In this document: positions 1-7,200 of the stretch, in pieces | Layout: the number at the start of each line of letters is the position of its first letter | How positions within the stretch are numbered: the first letter of the stretch is position 1 | Source: Verrucomicrobiota bacterium | Lineage (GTDB): Bacteria > Verrucomicrobiota > Verrucomicrobiia > Limisphaerales > CANJSG01 | NCBI GenBank assembly: GCA_038209745.1 | Contig: JBBQXJ010000072.1 | Span: forward strand, 1-24,602 | DNA length: 24,602 nt | Direction: 5' to 3' | The notes under the pieces: model-generated | Database searches by the model: none | The model's input: only the letters and a program-made list of their open reading frames with translations | What the model was told of the DNA's origin: nothing | Position numbers and translations under genes: made by a program

Positions 1-627
1 GTCGCGGTGGATGATCCCCTTCTGATGGGCGTGCTGGATGGCCTGGCAGACCTTGATGAAGAGGTCCAAGCGCTCCTTGGTGCTGAGGCTGGCCTGGTCG
101 CAATAGGCGGTGATCGGAATGCCCCGGACCAGTTCCATGACGAAGAACGGCCGCCCCAGATCCGTGGTGCCGGCGTCGAGCACCTTGGCGATGTTCGGAT
201 GATCCATCATGGCCAAGGCCTGCCGCTCCGCCTCGAAGCGGGCCACCACCTGCTTGGTGTCCATCCCCAGCTTGATGACCTTCAGCGCGACGCGCCGCCG
301 CACCGGCTCGGTCTGCTCGGCCACATAAACCACGCCGCACCCGCCTTCGCCGACCCGTTCCAGAAGCTTATAGCGCCCCAGCGTCTGGCCCACCGCTTCG
401 TCGGGCGGTTCTTCGGCGAAGTCGAGCTTGATGGTGGGGCGCGCGGCTCCGGCCTCGGTCGCCAGCAGCGTGTCCGGTTGCTCATGCGCCGCGAGCAAGG
501 CTTCGAGGCGCTGGCGGAGTGCAGAGTTGTCATGGCAAGCTCCGTCGAGGAACGCGGCGCGTTCGGCGGCGGGTTTCTCCGCGGCCAGGGCGAAGAGGGC
601 GGCTTCGCGGTCTTGGGGGGATGGCAT
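1..627 (-). CDS. Hanks-type serine/threonine protein kinase, N-terminal part (runs off the left edge; absent from the ORF track)
   Basis: Manual translation from ATG at 627: MPSPQDREAALFALAAEKPAAERAAFLDGAC...LGRYKLLERVGEGGCGVVYVAEQTEPVRRRVALKVIKLGMDTKQVVARFEAERQALAMMDHPNIAKVLDAG...FFVMELVRG...HQKGIIHRD. It has the Gly-rich loop, the VALK catalytic Lys, the alphaC Glu and the HRD motif. Confidence 0.97.
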   Translation of the reverse strand, partial: MPSPQDREAALFALAAEKPAAERAAFLDGACHDNSALRQRLEALLAAHEQPDTLLATEAGAARPTIKLDFAEEPPDEAVGQTLGRYKLLERVGEGGCGVVYVAEQTEPVRRRVALKVIKLGMDTKQVVARFEAERQALAMMDHPNIAKVLDAGTTDLGRPFFVMELVRGIPITAYCDQASLSTKERLDLFIKVCQAIQHAHQKGIIHRD

Positions 628-652
628 GGGTTTGGAGGTTGGGCGGTTCTGT

Positions 653-707
653 CTCTACATGCGCAAGGGGCGGCCAAAAAGTATGCGGGAATTTTGAAAT
701 ATACTTT
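653..707. promoter_or_regulatory. Candidate overlapping divergent promoter region for the kinase (minus) and the zinc-ribbon gene (plus)
   Basis: Minus strand reads GCATAC-N17-CGCATGTAGAG about 25 nt before the kinase ATG (ECF-like geometry, inferred). Plus strand has TATACT at 700-705. There is also an inverted repeat AAAGTAT(678-684)-N16-ATACTTT(701-707). Confidence 0.35.
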
Positions 708-741
708 CCGGGGACGGTTGACGCATGGATGGGGGAAGACC

Positions 742-951
742 ATGAGCGCGCCCGAATTCAAATTCTACTGTTCCCACTGCGACCAGCCGCTGAAGTGCGA
801 TCCCTGCCACGCGGGGCGCCAGATCCAGTGTCCCGGCTGCAAGGTCCTCATCCGGATCCCCCGGCCGCCGGAAGGGACGGGCTTCACCCACGTCGAGCCC
901 GAGATCGGCCGCACGTGGGACACCTTTCCCCCGACCGGCCGGAAGGACTGA
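742..951 (+). CDS. Small stand-alone zinc-ribbon protein (69 aa)
   Basis: MSAPEFKFYCSHCDQPLKCDPCHAGRQIQCPGCKVLIRIP... has two CxxC knuckles and GC3-rich codons, with a purine-rich GGGGGAAG stretch just before ATG 742. It is the real tail of track ORF 7..951. Confidence 0.8.
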   Translation: MSAPEFKFYCSHCDQPLKCDPCHAGRQIQCPGCKVLIRIPRPPEGTGFTHVEPEIGRTWDTFPPTGRKD

Positions 952-973
952 ACGAACCCGGGGCGGCGGAGGC

Positions 974-1540
974 TCAGGGCGCGTCCGCAGCGCGCATCTC
1001 CACCGCCAACCAGGCTCGGGCGTAGGCCCACCACTGTTTGGCCGTCGGCACGGCGATGCCGAGAACGGGCGCGGCTTCCTCGAAGGTTAGACCGGCGAAG
1101 TAGCGCAGCTTGACCAGTTCGGCTTTGCGCGGGTCGAGGACGGCGAGCTTCTCGAGGGCCTCGTTGACGCGGAGCAGGGTGTCGTCGTCGGCTGCGGGGG
1201 AGGGGATCGCGAAATCGTCGACATCCAGGGGGACGACGCCGGCGCCCCGCTTGGCGGCCAGACGGCGACGGGCTCGCTCGACCAGGATGCGCCGCATGGC
1301 TTCGGCGGCGGCTGCGAAGTAATGGGCGCGGTTCCGCCACTCCGGCTGGTCGTCGGCTCCAAGCCGGAGCCAAGCTTCGTGGACCAGGGCGGTGGGTTGC
1401 AGGGTGTGGCCGGGGGATTCACCCGCCATCTTGTGGGCGGCCAAGCGGCGCAACTCGGCGTAGACGAGGGGAAGGAGATCGCCGGCGGCCTTGGGATCGC
1501 CTTGTTGGGCGCGGTCGAGGATGCGCGTGATGTCGTTCAT
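974..1540 (-). CDS. ECF RNA polymerase sigma factor, TIGR02999 (kinase-associated) family, 188 aa
   Basis: MNDITRILDRAQQGDPKAAGDLLPLVYAELRRLAAHKM...HTLQPTALVHEAWLRL...RAHYFAAAAEAMRRILVERARRR...LRYFAGLTFEEAA...WAYARAWL is the family signature. Start placed at ATG 1540. Confidence 0.95.
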   Translation of the reverse strand: MNDITRILDRAQQGDPKAAGDLLPLVYAELRRLAAHKMAGESPGHTLQPTALVHEAWLRLGADDQPEWRNRAHYFAAAAEAMRRILVERARRRLAAKRGAGVVPLDVDDFAIPSPAADDDTLLRVNEALEKLAVLDPRKAELVKLRYFAGLTFEEAAPVLGIAVPTAKQWWAYARAWLAVEMRAADAP

Positions 1541-1833
1541 GCAACGGTGGTTCCGAAGCGTCTCCTGATCCGCGATTTCCGCCACCAAATAGAACGATCC
1601 ATCGTCGGAAATAGATGCGACCGTGCGGGCTTGTCGGAACGCACCGTCTTGAGACAGCGTCCGGAACGGCTCCCGTGGTTCCGCCCGAAACTCCGGGGAC
1701 GCGTCGCTCCGGCCGCCTTTTTCCGAATATTGACGGACCCAACCCGTCCGGTCTCTGGTTGGATCCGCGCGAAGCCCTGGGCACGCGTGAAGCAAACCAA
1801 ACCGCCGGAATTTCCGGGCGAGGCAAAACCATC

Positions 1834-3252
1834 ATGAACGTTCCATCCTATCGCGACCTCCCCCCTTTGGGCGGCGTCTGCAGCTTCGAGGAAGCAATGC
1901 GGCCCGGACTCCGGATCGAGGACTGCGTGGCGCGGTTGAAGCGCTTCCACTATGCGTTCAAGCGGCTGCACGAGGTCTTCACGGCCCGCATCACCTCCGA
2001 GCCGATCTACGAGTTGAAGACCGCCTTCAGCCTGCACGCCTTCCTCTGCTCCGAGCACATGATGAGCCTGCGCGCGAGGGTGGGGGAGATGCGGGAACCG
2101 CCGCTCGGTCTGGACGCGGTGCCGTCCGAGGCGCTCCAGATCTTCTTCGACGAAATCATCGCGGCGCCCGACACGTCCGCCCTGATCACGGGCCTCTACG
2201 GGAAAGCCCTTCCGGCGCTGGACGCGGCCCTGGTGCGGCACATGGAGGAGACAAACCTGTTGGCCGATGCACCCAGCGTGCGGGTGCTGCGTTTCGCGCG
2301 GCTGGAGCTGGCGGACATGGTCCGTTTCGGGGCCAAGGCCATGGATCAACTGGTGGACGCATCGGCCCGCGCGGGGATGGCCGACTGGCTGGGGTTCCTC
2401 GATGATTGTCTGGCTGCCGCCGGAGGACTGGACGGGGCGACTGGGTCGGCTCGGAAGGCGATTGCCCGGCGTCATTCCGCCACGCCCTACGCCTACGATC
2501 CGAAACCCCGGCGTGACGGGCGCTTCACCGATCTTTGGAACCAGGGGGTGAACGCCGAAACCTTCCTGCACGATCCGGAAATGCCCGCGAAGGCGAAGAC
2601 ATTGATGCTCTACTTCCGCCGCATCCGGGAGATCGACGTGCCCGAAATGATGGCGAGCATCATCGCCCAGACACCGGGCAAACCGGCCGCGTATTACCGC
2701 GACATGTCCCGTCAGGTCTGGGACGAGGCGCGGCACGCGTTGATGGGCGAGGTGGGCTTTGTGTCGCAGGGAGTGGACTGGAGATTGGCCCGGATCACAT
2801 GGAACTGGTCCTACCGGCTCAACACCGAGTGCACGCCCATTGAGCGGCACGCCGTGCTCTACTTCATCGAGCAGGGATTGATGGGTCGCACCGGCAAGCG
2901 CTACGAAATGGAAGTGGGCGAAAAATCGGGCGACCCCTTGGCGGCGCTGTTCCAGGACTACGACTGGGCGGACGAAGTGCTCCATGCCCGAATCGGCCGC
3001 GACTGGTATGTCTCCGCCATGGGCGACGCCTCCAAGGCCATCGCCTACGGGGACGAGTGCTGGTTCAAGATCACGGGCAACTGGCGCGCCGTCCTCGACC
3101 AGGGCCTGACGCAACATGGGAACTGGTGGCCCGGACTCTACAGGGCGGCTTGCCGGAGCTGGGGCGTGGACCCCGATCCCAAGGTGCTGGCCTACAGCCA
3201 GAGCTACGAAGGCAAGCGGGCCGATCTGAAAGCCGTCTCGTTTTCCGGTTGA
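1834..3252 (+). CDS. Uncharacterised ferritin-like di-iron protein (DUF455-like C-terminal domain), 472 aa
   Basis: The C-terminal half carries the four-helix-bundle ligand set REIDVPE / WDEARH (2722-2736) / FIEQG / ADEVLH (2971-2985). The N-terminal half is also helical with HAFLCSEH. Start placed at ATG 1834, where coding-like codon usage begins. Confidence 0.8.
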   Translation: MNVPSYRDLPPLGGVCSFEEAMRPGLRIEDCVARLKRFHYAFKRLHEVFTARITSEPIYELKTAFSLHAFLCSEHMMSLRARVGEMREPPLGLDAVPSEALQIFFDEIIAAPDTSALITGLYGKALPALDAALVRHMEETNLLADAPSVRVLRFARLELADMVRFGAKAMDQLVDASARAGMADWLGFLDDCLAAAGGLDGATGSARKAIARRHSATPYAYDPKPRRDGRFTDLWNQGVNAETFLHDPEMPAKAKTLMLYFRRIREIDVPEMMASIIAQTPGKPAAYYRDMSRQVWDEARHALMGEVGFVSQGVDWRLARITWNWSYRLNTECTPIERHAVLYFIEQGLMGRTGKRYEMEVGEKSGDPLAALFQDYDWADEVLHARIGRDWYVSAMGDASKAIAYGDECWFKITGNWRAVLDQGLTQHGNWWPGLYRAACRSWGVDPDPKVLAYSQSYEGKRADLKAVSFSG

Positions 3253-3265
3253 AGAACGATCCGTC

Positions 3266-4087
3266 ATGAAGCTGCAGCTCATCCGCCATCTCTGGGGCGT
3301 CACCGATCCGTGGGAGGAGGTCGTCCCGAAATTCGTTGAACTCGGCTTCACCGGTATCGAGGCGCCATTGCCCGAAGCGGCGCAGACACGGCGGTTCAAG
3401 AGGCTGTTGAAGGACCATGACCTCGCCTATGTCCCGCAGATCTTCACCGCCGGCGCGGACGTGGCGGAACATGTCGAATCGTTCCGGGCCCAGCTCGACC
3501 AGGCCGCCGGCTTCGACCCGCTGCGGGTCAACGCCCACAGCGGCCGCGATGCCTGGAGCGAGGTGGACGCATGCCGGTTCTTCGAGGCCGCGCTGGAAAT
3601 TGAAATGGCGGCCGGGCTGCCCGTGGCGCATGAAACCCATAGGGGGCGGATCCTCTACAATCCGTGGATCACGGACCGATTGATCGAGTCCTTCGACGCC
3701 CTCCGTCTTTGCTGCGACTTCAGCCACTGGGTCTGCGTGGGGGAACGATTGATCGACGACCAGCTGGAGATCGTCCAGCGGAGCGCGGAGCGGTGCATCC
3801 ATCTGCACGCCCGCGTCGGGTATGAACAGGGCCCGCAGGTGCCCGATCCGCGTGCGCCGGAACATGCGCTCCACGTCGAAGCGCACGAACGCTGGTGGCG
3901 GATGGTCTGGGAAGCGCAACGAAGCCGCGGCGACAAGGTTTCCACGTTGACGCCGGAGTTTGGTCCTCCGGGCTACCAGCACACGCTGCCCTTCACCCGG
4001 GCTCCGGTGGGCGATCTCTGGGAGATCTGCCACTGGCAGGCACGGCGGCAGGCGGAGAATTTCGCGGCCTGGCAGAAGGGAAGTTGA
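3266..4087 (+). CDS. Sugar phosphate isomerase/epimerase family (xylose isomerase-like TIM barrel) protein
   Basis: GFTGIE start motif and metal-binding motifs HETHRGR, CDFSHW, HLHARVG and TPEFGP. Begins 13 nt after the upstream stop. Confidence 0.9.
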   Translation: MKLQLIRHLWGVTDPWEEVVPKFVELGFTGIEAPLPEAAQTRRFKRLLKDHDLAYVPQIFTAGADVAEHVESFRAQLDQAAGFDPLRVNAHSGRDAWSEVDACRFFEAALEIEMAAGLPVAHETHRGRILYNPWITDRLIESFDALRLCCDFSHWVCVGERLIDDQLEIVQRSAERCIHLHARVGYEQGPQVPDPRAPEHALHVEAHERWWRMVWEAQRSRGDKVSTLTPEFGPPGYQHTLPFTRAPVGDLWEICHWQARRQAENFAAWQKGS

Positions 4088-4184
4088 ACGCGCGGCGCGG
4101 GCGTCCCGAAACGCTCCGAGAAGAGGTTCGTGGATCCGCCGCGAGCCTGCCGGTTCGTTCGGTTTGAACGCGGTCAATCGAAAC

Positions 4185-4217
4185 AAAAAAGGCGCCGGAG
4201 TTTCGCTCCGGCGCCTT
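4185..4217 (-). terminator. Intrinsic terminator of the large CxxCH protein gene
   Basis: Stem AAGGCGCCGGAG / CTCCGGCGCCTT with a 5-nt loop. The A6 run at 4185-4190 gives a U-tract on the minus strand, 17 nt past the stop at 4235. Confidence 0.9.
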
Positions 4218-4234
4218 GCAGTTTTCAGGGACGC

Positions 4235-7200
4235 TCAGTCCTTGTGGGCCGTCCACTTCACCGCGTTGCGGAGGAGGGTCTTGTAGGGTGCGCCGTCGTG
4301 GGCGAAGGCGTCGTGGCCCAGGGTGATGGCGACGATGCGGTCGTTCGGATTCTTGACCACCCAGACCTGCGGGAAGGTCTCGCCGGTGAGCGGGCTCTTG
4401 GCGGTGGCCAGCACTTCTGCGGGGGTGGCGCTGGTGTCGAGGACGTGATGGTAGAGCTCGTCCTTGGTCATGTAGGAGGCGGGCACGCCCTTCATCACGG
4501 GATGGTCGGCATTGGTCACCTTCACTTCGTATTCGCCGTAGCGGTCATGGCCGCGCGTCATGCCGGCGATGAGCTCCTTGTGGATTTCGGGCCAGTTCTT
4601 GTTGTTGTCCCAGACTCCGGCATGGATGAAGACGATACCTTTGCCGGATTTGGCGAAGTCCATCAGCTGCTTGCGCAGGGCGGGATCGTTGATCGCGATG
4701 TTGGTGTTGAAGTCCAGCACGTCGGCGTCGTCGAGGTTGGCGGCGACGACGCTCTGCTTTTCCGTGTAGTTCACCGAGGCGAAGCCGCCTTCCTCCAGGA
4801 TTTTCTTGTCCGCGAGGTTGAACCAACGATTGAAGTCATGGGAGGAGCCTCCGCCCCAGATGAGCACCTTGATGCCGGGACCCCACTTGAACTTCTCGGC
4901 GGGGGCATCGGTGGAAACGATCGGGGGTTCGTCCTTCAGGTCGCCCTGTCCGGGGAGCTCGACGGTGATGGCGAAGAGCATCGGGGAGACGATGTTGTCG
5001 AAGCTCTTCAGGGTGATCGAGTCGATGACCGAGCCGTGGTCCACGCGACGGGCGAGGGTGCGGACCTGCTTGTTGGGCTCGGTGAGCTCGGGATGGCGCT
5101 TCGAGCCGGGAACGTCGTTTTCGCCGAGGTAGTCGGCCACTTCGATCCCGTTCCGGAAGACGATGTCCTGGGTCTTGCCGTCGGCGAAATGCAGCGTGGC
5201 TTGGAGGACCTTCAACGTCTTGTCGCCGGAGTAGGGAAAGCCCCACGGACCGCTGTTGCCGAGGAAGTGGAGGCGGCTGGCGGCGAGGCCGACCTTGACC
5301 TCGACTTGCTGGGGCATGGTCTTCTTGGGCACGGATTCGTCGGGGCCGCCTTTGAGCATGACGACGTTGGCGACGACTTTCTGTGGGCTGACGACGTCGA
5401 AGGGCACGCCGTCGACGACCTGGATCCCATACTTGTTGAAGTTGAGGGACTCGGTCTTGTCGTCCGCCTTGTAGAAGAGCCCGCGGGTGGCGTTCGCGGT
5501 GAAGGCCTTGGTCAGATCGAGGACGCGGAACTTGTTTTCATCGGCGCAGATGTAGGCGAGGAGGTCGCGGAGGCCTTCGCCGCCGAGCTGCTCGAAGCCC
5601 TCCGGCATCAGGGAGCGGCCGGAACTCTGGCGGGTGGCGATGTCGGCCTTGCGGAGGGTCACCGGGCCGGAGGCGTTGCGGATGACGATCTCGTTGCGGT
5701 TCTCGCGATCGACGATGCCGTCGTAGATGTCGCCGCCCTTGGTTTCGATGGCGACGGAGATGAAGTTCGGTTCGACGAGGCGGTTTGGATCGACGATGTG
5801 GACGAGGAGGTCGGCGGGGCCGTGTGAGCCCATGCCGGTGAGGTTGGGCGCGAGGTCGCTGCCTTCACCCTTGAAGGCGTGGCAGACGGCGCAGTTCGCG
5901 GTGAAGAGCTTGTGGCCGTTCTCCACGTTGCCGGGTTTGACGACTTCGGGGGTGAGCTTGGCGATCAGCGTGTCCTTCTCCTTTGTTTCGGGACCGCGAA
6001 GGGTCTCGATGACTTCCGTGGCGCGCTTGGCGATGGCCATGTCGGGATGGGTGCGGAGGCGGTGCTGCCGGGCGGGCCCGAGGATCGCGAGATCGATCTT
6101 CTTATCGGCCAGGGCGGTCAGCAGGGCGTTGACGGCATCGGCGCGCTTGACGATCTGGCCGAAGGCGGGGTCGACGAGGTCGGAGGGGATTTTCGAGAGC
6201 ACCGGGACAAGGGCGGTCGCGCCCTCGGATTCGGATCCCAGAACATCGATGAGGCGGTGTTTGAGGTCGGAGCTGGCATTACTGGTGAGCAGGGCGCCGA
6301 CGGCGGGGATGATGGAGGCATCCATCTTCCAGACGCCGATGAGATTGGCGGCGATCTGGCCGCGGGCGGCGTCGGGAAGAGACGTGTTGCCGAGCTGGGC
6401 CTCGGCCTTGGCGACGGCCGGCTTCACCGCGTCGGCGAGTTGGCCTTTCTTGTCCCAACGGGCGACCAGGGGCAGGACCGCACCGGCGGTTCGGTCGTCG
6501 GCGAGCAGGGCCTTGAGGCCGTCGGCGAGGGCGGGAGACCAAGCGGGGACCTTGCCGGCGGTCAGCGCGGCGGCGAAGCCTTCGATGGTCTGGCGCTTCA
6601 GTTCGCCGGCCGAGACGGGCTGGGCGGCGACGAGCTGGATCAACCTGGCTCCGGCGTCGGCGTCCTGATTGGCGACGAGGCCTGCGAGGAAGGGCAGGAA
6701 AGAACCGACCGTCTCGGGTTCCTTCGAGGCGAGGGCGGCCTCGACGAAGAGGAGCGGGTCCTTGGAAGCCGCGCCGATCGCGGCCGATTCGAGATATGGA
6801 TCCTTGAGCGTCGGCCAAGCGGCGACGATGGCGTCGGCGATCGCGCGGGTGGCGGGCAACTCTCCGAGGGAGATCAACGCGTTGATGCGCACGCGGCCGT
6901 TGGCGTCGTTCAGGAGGGCTTCAAGGGTCTTGGCGCTGCCAGCAGCGGCTTCGTCACCGGCGAGGCGGGCGGCGGTCTTGCGGACGGCGGCGTCGCTGTC
7001 GTTGAGTCCTGCCTGGAGCGTGGTGCCGTCCAGGTGGTTCTGGTTGTTCAGGGCGAAGAGAGCCTCGATGCGGCCGTAGCGGCTCGGGCTCGACTTCGCG
7101 AGCGCGGCGAGGGCGGGAACGGCGGACGCGGGCTGGGTCTCGTTCAGGAGCCGGTTTGCGGTGCCGCGGACCCAGCCGTTGGGATGCTCCAGCATCTTCA

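Noticed and set aside
7..741. N-terminal 245 aa of track ORF 7..951 (+)
   Set aside because: It is the antisense shadow of the kinase. Only 742-951 looks like a real gene.
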